64,000 bases of DNA. Source: an uncultured Candidatus Saccharibacteria bacterium (GTDB taxonomy: Bacteria; Patescibacteriota; Minisyncoccia; Phycocordibacterales; Phycocordibacteraceae). Below are positions 28,107 through 36,941 of this stretch, in pieces. The stretch is from assembly GCA_964357395.1 (NCBI GenBank), contig CAYHLC010000004.1, positions 920-64,919 on the forward strand, read 5' to 3'. Position 1 is the first letter of the stretch. Every line of letters begins with the position of its first letter. Below the pieces are notes generated by a model, which was not told the origin of the DNA, did no database searches, and saw nothing but the letters and a program-made list of their open reading frames with translations. Both the position numbers and the translations under genes were made by a program.

Positions 28107-28751
28107 ATGCATAAAAGTTTAGCAATGGCCATCATCGTAGTTGCGCTCATCGCACCAGTCAGTGTCTTTGCGTGGCGCGGGACGTGGTCGTTCCAAGAGT
28201 CGTGTAACTCGTCGGGCACTATCGACGTCACCGCGACGTACCACCCGCTAGACAGCCATAGTGGCACGGTGCGCTACACCTCACCGCACCTCAACCTCGC
28301 AACAGGTGCGATAGTGACAGTCAACCTCTTTGAGGATGTCGGCCAGCATTCGCAGTACACAGTGACGAATATCTACAACTGCCACCCGCCGGTGGTGACG
28401 TCGAAGCAGTATTGCTCTCCGGGGTATTGGAAGCAGTCGCACCACTTTGATAGCTACGTGACGTACAGCCCTACGGATTCGTTCAACACCGTGTTCGGTA
28501 GGAACGCGTTCCCTGGCAAGACACTCGTACAAGTGTTATCGCAAGGTGGCGGAGGACTGAACGCGTATGGCAGAAAGGCAGTGGGGGCGCTCTTGAACTC
28601 GACCAGTATGAGCTCAGGTCTCACGGCAGGGCAAGTCATCGCGAAGTTCCAGGCAACCTATGACGGTGCACCAAGTGGCAAGGCTGCTAATGAGTACTAT
28701 GGTGCGGCTAATCCTGAGTTCACACAGGCTGAAAATTGCCCGCTTAATTAA
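28107..28751 (+). CDS. secreted hypothetical protein with GYWK-type C-terminal domain
   Basis: Signal peptide. CSPGYWKQSHH segment paralogous to the C-terminus of 26447-28003. Confidence 0.55.
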   Translation: MHKSLAMAIIVVALIAPVSVFAWRGTWSFQESCNSSGTIDVTATYHPLDSHSGTVRYTSPHLNLATGAIVTVNLFEDVGQHSQYTVTNIYNCHPPVVTSKQYCSPGYWKQSHHFDSYVTYSPTDSFNTVFGRNAFPGKTLVQVLSQGGGGLNAYGRKAVGALLNSTSMSSGLTAGQVIAKFQATYDGAPSGKAANEYYGAANPEFTQAENCPLN

Positions 28752-28769
28752 TTGTTAGATTATTAGATC

Positions 28770-28798
28770 AAAAAACCTCCCAATTGGGAGGTTTTTTG
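28770..28798 (+). terminator. rho-independent terminator
   Basis: aaaaacctcccaattgggaggttttttg. Confidence 0.8.
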
Positions 28799-28878
28799 AT
28801 TGTGGTTCATCGAGCGCACATGGCACTCAGTGTCTAATGGAGAAAGAAGAGAAATTACAAACATAACAATAATTACAC

Positions 28879-29538
28879 ATGCAAACTAAGTCACGTACTG
28901 AAGGCTCGAGCGCCCTTATGCCGCTCGTCCTGACCGGCATACTGCTCATAGCGGGATTCGTCTTTATGGGGAGTAGTATCGTACTTGCTGCACCCATTAC
29001 TACGGCGCCGGGGCAGAACAAGCTCACCTGCTTTGATGGTACTACCGACGGTGGGTACACCGGCGTCTGTACGCTGAACTCTAAGGGGGCCAAGGGCTCG
29101 GCAACGTTGAACAATAACGACGGGGACCTTGATCCGTACAACAACTACTCGGGCGTGTATGTCCTGAACAGTACGATGTACGAGACGCTCCTCTCCGGAA
29201 TAACGCAGCTCTCGTTCAGCTATACGGGCGATGCGGCAACGGCAGGCTCGCCACGTATCTCGATCCCGGTCGACACTAACGACGACGGAGTATCGGACGG
29301 GTACCTCTTTGCTTCCGCATATTACTGCAATGATGGGGCAGGGATGGTAGACATCATCAACGATCCGACCTGCCAGATCTATACCAACTTCTCGGCAGAC
29401 AGCTTTGCCAACTGGGCAGAGTTGGTAGCGCTACATCCTGCATGGGCGATAGCGAACGATGCATACGTCTTCCTGGTCGCAGATGATCCAGGATCGTGGA
29501 CGGTAAGTAACGTCAAGTTCGGCAAGGCAGGCAAGTAG
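28879..29538 (+). CDS. secreted hypothetical protein
   Basis: TM/signal segment (LVLTGILLIAGFVF). Cys pairs and Asp-rich loops. The start may be 28918. Confidence 0.5.
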   Translation: MQTKSRTEGSSALMPLVLTGILLIAGFVFMGSSIVLAAPITTAPGQNKLTCFDGTTDGGYTGVCTLNSKGAKGSATLNNNDGDLDPYNNYSGVYVLNSTMYETLLSGITQLSFSYTGDAATAGSPRISIPVDTNDDGVSDGYLFASAYYCNDGAGMVDIINDPTCQIYTNFSADSFANWAELVALHPAWAIANDAYVFLVADDPGSWTVSNVKFGKAGK

Positions 29539-29553
29539 TCCGAAACTCAAATC

Positions 29554-29585
29554 AAAAACCCCCTCCGAGTGGAGGGGGTTTTTGT
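29554..29585. terminator. bidirectional rho-independent terminator
   Basis: aaaaaccccctccgagtggagggggtttttg between convergent genes. Confidence 0.8.
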
Positions 29586-29589
29586 ATCA

Positions 29590-30450
29590 CTACGGCAGGG
29601 TACTGAAGGATTGTTGCGAGGAGGTCGCCGCGTTGCCTGCGGGATCCTTGGACTGTACTACGTAGTAGTAGGTAGTCGACGCCATAAGGGTTGCGAGGTT
29701 CCCGGTATGCATTGTGCCGAGCGCTGGGGAGTTAAAGAGCGATGGCGCACTGAGCACAATTGGACTTGTGGTCGAGAGCCACATTGCGGTGTCAGCAAGT
29801 TCGTTTGTACTCCAGGTTACGGTGGCGGTCGTCGAGCCAATATTTGAGGTAGCAAGGGCGCTAATGATCGGCGCGGTGGTATCCGATGTTGGCGGGGTTG
29901 TTGTAGCGGTGCAAGGGCCGACGGTCGAGCCTTTGGCGAGGTGCGCTTTGACTGCAGGTGCGCCGATGCTGATCGTGTGTCCATTAGCGGGATTGCCTGG
30001 TGGACGGTGGCAGATAATGACGAGCCCCAACTCGGGCGAGCTGGTAGCAATGCCCTTCTTGGCACCAGTGAAGTCTGCGAGGAGCTTCTTGGCGAGCCCT
30101 GGCGGTATAAATCCGGTCGAGGTCGCAGTGGTTGTTGTCCCCGATGCGCTACTGAGGAGCAGGTGGATCTTTAGTTTTGTCTTAGGGCCGACGATGCCGG
30201 CCTGCTCGATGCCATGCTTATTTTGGAAGCGTTTGACGGCAATTTCGGTCAGCGCTCCATAAAACCCAGTAATCAGTCCCTCGGGATATACATCCCCATC
30301 TTGTGCGAGTAGTGTTTGCAGATTTTCGACATCAGTGCCACTCAGTCCGCGGTAGAGTGAGCGGACCTCGAGTCCAAATGGAGCTGCTAACGCGGTACTT
30401 GTGACTCCCATGAGGAGGGTCACGACTAAGATTTTGTATAGTGTCTTCAT
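29590..30450 (-). CDS. secreted protein: N-terminal peptidoglycan-binding domain, CHxPPGNP Cys/His motif, C-terminal Fn3-like domain
   Basis: Signal peptide. LQTLLAQDGDVYPEGLITGFYGALTEIAVKRFQ (PG_binding_1-like). ICHRPPGNPANGHTISIGAPAVKAHLAKGSTVGPC. Confidence 0.6.
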   Translation of the reverse strand: MKTLYKILVVTLLMGVTSTALAAPFGLEVRSLYRGLSGTDVENLQTLLAQDGDVYPEGLITGFYGALTEIAVKRFQNKHGIEQAGIVGPKTKLKIHLLLSSASGTTTTATSTGFIPPGLAKKLLADFTGAKKGIATSSPELGLVIICHRPPGNPANGHTISIGAPAVKAHLAKGSTVGPCTATTTPPTSDTTAPIISALATSNIGSTTATVTWSTNELADTAMWLSTTSPIVLSAPSLFNSPALGTMHTGNLATLMASTTYYYVVQSKDPAGNAATSSQQSFSTLP

Positions 30451-30537
30451 ATACCCACAGTGTACCGCACCCACCCGGACGTTTTTTGGTTATATCTTAT
30501 ATACTGAGCGTATTATTATTTGTAAACAGTATATTTT

Positions 30538-31062
30538 ATGTTGCAGAGCAAGTGGTTAGTTGGGCTCGCTGCCCTCGCGATACTCGCTGCAGGGGTAGTG
30601 TATGTAAACCCAGGCCTCGGCGATGGGCTTGTCGCTGCGGTTGGTGGCGGCTATGACCAGTGGGGGTACAACCGCACCGCGCGCATTTTTAATGGCACGG
30701 GCGCAACGTGGTGTACGGGCAAATCATTACCAGCGGATTGCATGGGCGTCTACTCGCCTGACAAGTTGGTAATGAAGTGGAATGCAGAGTGGGACCGCGG
30801 TAATGCAGAGGGGTGGGCCAACCCTCCGTATGACGCCTGGATCGACAACGAGTGGAATGGCAAGGGTGCGAAGGACGGCTCGGGCGCCGTGTGGCACTAC
30901 AAGATCAAGTGGGTAGGGGACTGTGTCGCAGATCCGACACTGCTTCCAGATGGAAGCTATTGCGTCTGGGGACAGTTTGCTACCATTATGGACCAAGGTG
31001 TCGACCCATCGGCCGGCCCAGGCCACACGTGGTTCGCACACGCCAAGCCGAACGGCTACTAG
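30538..31062 (+). CDS. secreted Trp-rich hypothetical protein
   Basis: Signal peptide. No recognised domain. Confidence 0.45.
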   Translation: MLQSKWLVGLAALAILAAGVVYVNPGLGDGLVAAVGGGYDQWGYNRTARIFNGTGATWCTGKSLPADCMGVYSPDKLVMKWNAEWDRGNAEGWANPPYDAWIDNEWNGKGAKDGSGAVWHYKIKWVGDCVADPTLLPDGSYCVWGQFATIMDQGVDPSAGPGHTWFAHAKPNGY

Positions 31063-31076
31063 TGGCGGAGCACTAA

Positions 31077-31116
31077 CCGCCCTGCCTGCGCAGGCAGGCC
31101 CTGTGGGCGGTTTTTG
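31077..31116 (+). terminator. compound GC-rich hairpin followed by T5
   Basis: cctgcctgcgcaggcagg palindrome nested in ccgcc...ggcgg, then ttttt. Confidence 0.5.
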
Positions 31117-31210
31117 CTTGCAAGGCCAAAGTACGTTGTATAGTAATGGTAGTCTGCCAAAAGGGGACTACTTGTCAAATAGTCATTATTTTGGTATAAT
31201 ATAAACACGT

Positions 31211-32020
31211 ATGGATATGCCAGAGAGACAGGATCGCACCCGAGGGACGCAGTTTGGGGTGGGGATGCTCATCGGCTTTTCGCTCGTCGCACTAACCTTC
31301 TTTGGTATTACGCGTGCCCCCTACATCGTCGAGCGCGTGCCTGGCCTTGCTGCCGTTGTCGCCTCGGTATTGGTAGAGATCACCAACAACGACCGCTCTT
31401 CGAGCGGACTCGGCACACTCGCCCTGAGCCCAATACTGACGCAGGTCGCAGAGGCTAAGGCGCGGGATATGGCAGCCAAAGGATACTTCGCCCACACCTC
31501 GCCAGAGGGCATAACTCCGTGGCACTGGTTCCAGCAGGAGGAGTATAAGTTCGTGTACGCGGGAGAGAACCTCGCTGTCGACTTTTCCGAGTCCCCTGAT
31601 GTCTCGAGGGCGTGGATGAACTCGCCTACCCACCGCGCCAACATCCTTGGCACCCAGTTTAGCGAGATAGGTATCGCAACCGCCGAGGGGATGTACCAAG
31701 GCAGGCCAACCACGTTTGTGGTCCAGGTCTTTGGTACGCCAGCGCCAGGTAGGGTAGTCATAGCAGAGCCTGTAGCGCCAGCGGTAGCGGGGACTACAAC
31801 GCCCGAAGTGGCCACCACAACGCCTCAGCTCGCAGGAGACGTACGCGATATTGTCCTTGAGCCAGCCGCGCAGGTACCTGCAATTGCTACGACATTACCG
31901 ACGACAACGCCAACGCTGATAACTGCAGATACCGTCCTCGGGCAGTCAGCGGGCTCGTATCTCGCACAAACAGAACCACCATGGTGGTTCAGAGTTTTGA
32001 AGTCTATAGGGATGCTCTAG
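31211..32020 (+). CDS. CAP/SCP (YkwD-like) domain secreted protein with Pro/Thr-rich C-terminal tail
   Basis: GENLAVDFSE...AWMNSPTHRANIL CAP signature. Confidence 0.75.
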   Translation: MDMPERQDRTRGTQFGVGMLIGFSLVALTFFGITRAPYIVERVPGLAAVVASVLVEITNNDRSSSGLGTLALSPILTQVAEAKARDMAAKGYFAHTSPEGITPWHWFQQEEYKFVYAGENLAVDFSESPDVSRAWMNSPTHRANILGTQFSEIGIATAEGMYQGRPTTFVVQVFGTPAPGRVVIAEPVAPAVAGTTTPEVATTTPQLAGDVRDIVLEPAAQVPAIATTLPTTTPTLITADTVLGQSAGSYLAQTEPPWWFRVLKSIGML

Positions 32021-32124
32021 GCCTTAGGCGCAGCCGGCGCGGGGGGATATATCCCTCATACCCGCGCCACAGCATTTGTTGAGCGCCTGACCCCAATCGT
32101 ATCGCACCCCCGGTTAAGCTTCTA

Positions 32125-32823
32125 TTAAGCGGGCTGTCCAATCTCGCTATTGCTGCGCAGGCGATACCCGATACCGCGCACCGTCTCGAGGATGCTCGGC
32201 TCACCGGCATCGTCGAGCTTGTTGCGCAGATTTTTGATGTGTACGTCGACAACGTTAGAGAAAGATGCGTAGTTAAAGTCCCATAGGTGCGAGAGTATAT
32301 CCTCGCGGTTGACCACCTGGTTGGGCCGGCGCATAAAGTACTCCAGCATGCCAAACTCCTTCAAGGTGAGCAATATCGGCTTGCCGTCCCTCGTCACCGT
32401 ACGCTCGACGGGGTTCAGCGCGATGTCGCCCACCGTAAGTATGGTTGGGATTGCCTCGTTGGGTCGGCGCATCAGTGCGTGTACGCGAGCTGATAGTTCA
32501 TCGAATGAGAACGGCTTTACCAAATAATCATCTGCGCCAGCGAGGAGGAGCTCCACCTTGCTATCGGTCTCGTTGCGTGCAGTGAGGACGAGGATAGGCA
32601 CCGTAATGCCAAGCTCGCGCACCTCCTTGCAGATAGTGAGCCCATCTACCGTGGGGAGCATCAGGTCCAATATGACTAGGTCGTAGTCAGCGCGGTGGAG
32701 GGAGATACGTGTTAAGCCCTTCTCGCCGTCGTTAATTACGTCTACTGCGTAGCCTTTGTGTGTGAGTCCGCGGGAAAGCGCCTCAGCGAGCTTTTCCTCG
32801 TCCTCGATGATGAGTATTCTCAT
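32125..32823 (-). CDS. OmpR/PhoB-family response regulator (orphan)
   Basis: Receiver domain MRILIIEDEE...DLVILDLMLP. Winged-helix trans_reg_C C-terminus. No histidine kinase adjacent. Confidence 0.85.
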   Translation of the reverse strand: MRILIIEDEEKLAEALSRGLTHKGYAVDVINDGEKGLTRISLHRADYDLVILDLMLPTVDGLTICKEVRELGITVPILVLTARNETDSKVELLLAGADDYLVKPFSFDELSARVHALMRRPNEAIPTILTVGDIALNPVERTVTRDGKPILLTLKEFGMLEYFMRRPNQVVNREDILSHLWDFNYASFSNVVDVHIKNLRNKLDDAGEPSILETVRGIGYRLRSNSEIGQPA

Positions 32824-32980
32824 ATACCCTAAGACTATAGTACCCCAGATGTGGGATTCATGAAGTGTCTTCATAATTGGCTCGTTTGGCTTAACTAAAG
32901 CCCAACTGCGGCATCATGAAGACGCGCCGTCAATGCCGCTCGCGCCGCCGCCCACCCTTACATGTGGATGTATAATCAAT

Positions 32981-33949
32981 CGCATGGATGACAAGCGGAG
33001 TTTAGTCATTTATTACAGCGCGGGTGCGATGTCGGGGATCTTTAGTTCCGGACTTACCAAGGCATTCGAGGAAGCTGGTTTGAAATCTCATATTCACAGT
33101 GTGTACGGCAACTCCGCGGGGGGATTAACCGCTGTAGCCCTACTTGCCGACCAGACAGATCTGATGGCGCATATGTACTGGGAGGACCTGAATGAGAAGA
33201 AGTACATTCGCTGGTCCCGACTGGGACCGTATCTCGGGAGGGCATTTTGTAACGCAGTGTTTAGGACGAGGTTCAAGGTGGAGCCAATATTTGATATCGA
33301 CTATATCCAGAGCATATTGCTTACCACACGGAGGATTAACTTTGATGCAATCCAGAACAGCGGCATCCAGATCTTTATGGTTGTCTACAATCTCATAACC
33401 GGACATCATGAGTATCTGCAGATGAAGGAGAAGGAGGACGTCATCCCCATGTTGCGTGCGACAGCGGGCGGTCACCCAGCGTATCCGCACTCGGAACTCA
33501 TCCACGGAAACCTGTATGTGGACGGCGGCACTATTGATGATCGCGACCTGATCGAGAACATCATTAAGCGCCACCCGGACAAGGAGATTATCTGCGTACT
33601 CAATAATCCGAGGTGGAAGTATGGCAGACTCAAGAACTTGGCAAGCCGCTTCGGTATCGCTGCGGTGATGCTCCCATTCTTTGGGTTCCGTGAGGCGTAC
33701 AAGACATCACGCTCAAACTTTGCCACCGTTGATATTGAGCAAATGAAGGCGAACTACCCGTACCTACACTTTATTGCGAACGACATAGTCGGACTGCAGA
33801 TGTCAACAGAGGCAGAGCATCACAAGATGCTGTATAAGCGTGGGTATGAGCTGGGCAAAGAATTTCTATTGTCAGAAAATATAAGAACCGTGGATGTGGG
33901 GGTACCTGGTCCTGAGGGGGCTATTGCTTTAACCCAAGGCCCGTTCTGA
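32981..33949 (+). CDS. patatin-like phospholipase
   Basis: GxSxG (GNSAG) and catalytic DGG (LYVDGGTIDD) motifs. Confidence 0.8.
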   Translation, partial: RMDDKRSLVIYYSAGAMSGIFSSGLTKAFEEAGLKSHIHSVYGNSAGGLTAVALLADQTDLMAHMYWEDLNEKKYIRWSRLGPYLGRAFCNAVFRTRFKVEPIFDIDYIQSILLTTRRINFDAIQNSGIQIFMVVYNLITGHHEYLQMKEKEDVIPMLRATAGGHPAYPHSELIHGNLYVDGGTIDDRDLIENIIKRHPDKEIICVLNNPRWKYGRLKNLASRFGIAAVMLPFFGFREAYKTSRSNFATVDIEQMKANYPYLHFIANDIVGLQMSTEAEHHKMLYKRGYELGKEFLLSENIRTVDVGVPGPEGAIALTQGPF

Positions 33950-33967
33950 GGAGGTAGTAGTTGATAG

Positions 33968-34003
33968 AAAACCTCCAGGAGGCGACGCCTCCTGGAGGTT
34001 TTA
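33968..34003 (+). terminator. rho-independent terminator
   Basis: aaaacctccaggaggcgacgcctcctggaggtttt. Confidence 0.8.
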
Positions 34004-34021
34004 CTATTCCGCCACAAATAC

Positions 34022-34249
34022 TTGACTTATCAAATAGTGCGGTGTAGTATGCGCGGTATGGGAAATATAGTCGAGCAGGCAATTGCAGAGGGGGATAGGG
34101 ATAGAGCAGCGGTAGCCTCTGCGAAGCAGGGACCATTGGGCATCTTTGAGTTCTTCCTCCTTCAAGGCAATGGGTCGCAAAAGGCTTTTGCGCTGACACT
34201 CGAGGCGGTGGCAACAGGCCTCATTGTGGCACTTGTATTTGGCCAGTAA
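34022..34249 (+). CDS. small hypothetical protein
   Basis: ORF only. Bounded by terminators. Confidence 0.3.
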   Translation: MTYQIVRCSMRGMGNIVEQAIAEGDRDRAAVASAKQGPLGIFEFFLLQGNGSQKAFALTLEAVATGLIVALVFGQ

Positions 34250-34264
34250 TTTAGAAAGTAGAAC

Positions 34265-34292
34265 CTCCCGAGGTTGAACTCGGGGTTTTTTA
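34265..34292. terminator. hairpin cccgag-gttgaa-ctcggg followed by T6; bidirectional
   Basis: Seen directly. Confidence 0.6.
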
Positions 34293-35069
34293 TTATTGCT
34301 TAAGGCCGAGGCCGGTACGGAGGAGGTAGTAGTTGATAGCGAGGAAGATCAGGATGAGCGCGCCGAGGATGCCGGTGCAGAGCCAGATTGAGACGTCGGC
34401 AAAGCCGAGGAAGCCGTAGCGGAATCCGTTAATGAGGTAGAAGATCGGGTTAAAGTGCGTGAGCGTCGCCCAAGGCTCGCCCAAGGAGGTTGCGGAGTAG
34501 AAGACCCCACCAAGGTAGACGAGTGGGGTGAGGACGAACGTGGGGACGATAGAGATACCGTCAAAGTTCTTGGCATAGATGCCGTTGATCAGCCCCGCCA
34601 GTGAGAATAGGAGCGAGGAGAGTATGAGGAAAAGGGCTATGACAAAGGGATGTGCGAGATGTGGCAAGGAGAAGACGAGTGAGGTTAGGAGGACCAGTAC
34701 GCCGACAATAACGCCACGCACCACGCCACTTGCGACGTATCCGCCAATGATGACGACTGGCGGTGTGGGGCTGACCAGTATCTCGTCTATGGAGCGCATA
34801 AAGAACTTGGACTGGAAGAATGTGGTGGCGACATCCATGTACGCGTTGGTGATGACCGCGAGCATGACGAGGCCTGGCACCACGAATTGCATGTAGCTGA
34901 AGCCGTTGATGTCGCCGATCTGTGCACCAAGGATGGCACCAAATACGGTGAAGTAGAGTATGGACGTGACGAGGGACGGGAGGAGTGTCTGCGACCAGAT
35001 ACGAAATATCCGCACCACGCCCTTGCGGACTATGGTATAGAACGAGATCCACATCTTATAGGGAGGCAT
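34293..35069 (-). CDS. ABC-2 type transporter permease
   Basis: Six TM helices with an ABC-2 permease pattern. Downstream of the ATPase gene. Confidence 0.75.
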   Translation of the reverse strand: MPPYKMWISFYTIVRKGVVRIFRIWSQTLLPSLVTSILYFTVFGAILGAQIGDINGFSYMQFVVPGLVMLAVITNAYMDVATTFFQSKFFMRSIDEILVSPTPPVVIIGGYVASGVVRGVIVGVLVLLTSLVFSLPHLAHPFVIALFLILSSLLFSLAGLINGIYAKNFDGISIVPTFVLTPLVYLGGVFYSATSLGEPWATLTHFNPIFYLINGFRYGFLGFADVSIWLCTGILGALILIFLAINYYLLRTGLGLKQ

Positions 35070-35078
35070 ATTGTGGTC

Positions 35079-35840
35079 TTAATTATTACTCGTAAGCTTT
35101 AGGAAGATCTCCTCCAACTTGCCGCCGCGGTACCCGTCGGGTGTAGCGGAAGCATCGTGGGTCGCGAGTATTTCGTCCATGGTGCCCTGTGCCACTATCT
35201 GCCCCTTATTGATGATGGCAACATGCTTGCAGAGCTGCTCCGCCTCCTCGAGATAGTGGGTGGTAAGAAGGACGGTGAGACCCTCCTTGGTTAGGCTGCG
35301 GAGGAAGTCCCACATTGAGCGGCGGAGTTCGACGTCGACGCCCGCAGTCGGCTCGTCGAGGATCAGAAACTTTGGCTGGTGGATGAGTGCTCGGGCAATC
35401 ATGACGCGGCGCTTCATACCACCTGATAGCTGCCAGCCGTTTTGGTACATCTTGTCCTTCAGTCCGAGGTCCGTGAGGAGCTGCTCGGCACGGGGCTTTG
35501 CCACCGAGCGGGGGACGCCATAGTAGCCACCTTGGTTGATGACGACGTCGATAATCTTTTCGAACGGATTGAAGTTGAGTTCCTGACCAACGAGGCCCAT
35601 CATCGACTTTGCCTCTGATGGCTCGTCCACCGTATCGTGCCCAAAGACGCGTACGGTCCCACTCGTTTTGTTGACCAGTCCGGTCACTATGCCGATGAGT
35701 GTTGTTTTCCCCGCGCCGTTAGGACCTAGGAGCGCATAAAAGTCACCCGCAGGCACTGTCAGGGAGACCCCCTTCAGAGCTTCTGTCCCCGACGCATACT
35801 TCTTGGTGACAGTGTCAATAACGAGTGCCGGATCAGACAT
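35079..35840 (-). CDS. ABC transporter ATP-binding protein
   Basis: Walker A GPNGAGKTT, signature LSGGMKRR, Walker B LILDEPTAGVD. Confidence 0.9.
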   Translation of the reverse strand: MSDPALVIDTVTKKYASGTEALKGVSLTVPAGDFYALLGPNGAGKTTLIGIVTGLVNKTSGTVRVFGHDTVDEPSEAKSMMGLVGQELNFNPFEKIIDVVINQGGYYGVPRSVAKPRAEQLLTDLGLKDKMYQNGWQLSGGMKRRVMIARALIHQPKFLILDEPTAGVDVELRRSMWDFLRSLTKEGLTVLLTTHYLEEAEQLCKHVAIINKGQIVAQGTMDEILATHDASATPDGYRGGKLEEIFLKLTSNN

Positions 35841-35864
35841 TCGGCCAGTTTAGCACAGAGCGAT

Positions 35865-36926
35865 TTAGAGGCTCACGATCTGCTCCCACGGGGAGTCAGG
35901 GTGGCCAAAATGGCCGTATGCAGCAGTAGTGCGATAGATAGGAGTACGCAAGTTGAGTCGCTCGATAATAGCCTGCGGCCGGAAGTCAAAGTGCTTCGCT
36001 ACGATATCGGCGAGGCTCTTCCCATTTTCATCAAGCGACTCGACCATAAGTGGCTCCGCCATACCAATCGCATAGGAGACCGACACTAAGCACTGTTTGG
36101 CGTAGCCATTTGCGACCAGGTTCTTGGCAACAAAGCGACACATGTACGCAGCAGAGCGATCCACCTTGGACGGATCCTTGCCGGAAAAGGCGCCTCCGCC
36201 GTTTGGCGCGAGGCCACAGTACGTGTCCACCATAATCTTGCGGCCGGTAAGTCCGGTGTCTGCATCGAAGCCGCCTTGCACGAAGGTACCGGTCGGGTTG
36301 GTGAGTACCCGAATTCCATCGAGCGTGCCGATAATGGGCGCAATCAGCTTATCAGTAAGTGTCGACTTGATCTCATCCTGACCGACCTCCGCTTTGTGCT
36401 GCGTAGATACGAGCACCGTATTGATCTTGCCTTGGAGGACTGATATCTGTGCCTTTCCGTCAGGCATGAGCCAGGGCAGCGTGCCTTGTTCGCGGAGAGT
36501 CTGTAGTCCACGTGTGAGCGCGTGCACTTTAACAATAGCGTCGGGGAGCATCTCCTTGTTCTCATTGGTTGCGAAGCCGTACATAATACCCTGGTCGCCT
36601 GCGCCACCAGTATCAACTCCTTGGCCGATATCGCGAGACTGCTCAGCTACGTTGACCAAAACCCTCAGTTCCTCCGTGTAGCCAATGTCTTTGTATACTT
36701 GCCGACCAATAGCCTCGTAGTCTGGGTGTGCTGCTGTTGTTACCTCGCCGCCTATAACCAGCATGCCGTGGCCGCCAAAGGTCTCGACAGCAACGCGGGA
36801 TAGCGGGTCGTCCTTAATGCAGGCGTCTAATATCGCGTCAGATATCTGGTCGCACACCTTATCAGGGTGGCCGGCCGTAACACTCTCGACGGTATAAGTA
36901 TTGGCTATGAGAAACATATTATCCAC
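35865..36926 (-). CDS. metK: S-adenosylmethionine synthetase
   Basis: ESVTAGHPDKVCDQISDAILD and MetK core motifs. Confidence 0.9.
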   Translation of the reverse strand: MDNMFLIANTYTVESVTAGHPDKVCDQISDAILDACIKDDPLSRVAVETFGGHGMLVIGGEVTTAAHPDYEAIGRQVYKDIGYTEELRVLVNVAEQSRDIGQGVDTGGAGDQGIMYGFATNENKEMLPDAIVKVHALTRGLQTLREQGTLPWLMPDGKAQISVLQGKINTVLVSTQHKAEVGQDEIKSTLTDKLIAPIIGTLDGIRVLTNPTGTFVQGGFDADTGLTGRKIMVDTYCGLAPNGGGAFSGKDPSKVDRSAAYMCRFVAKNLVANGYAKQCLVSVSYAIGMAEPLMVESLDENGKSLADIVAKHFDFRPQAIIERLNLRTPIYRTTAAYGHFGHPDSPWEQIVSL

Positions 36927-36941
36927 TATAAACTATGAACT

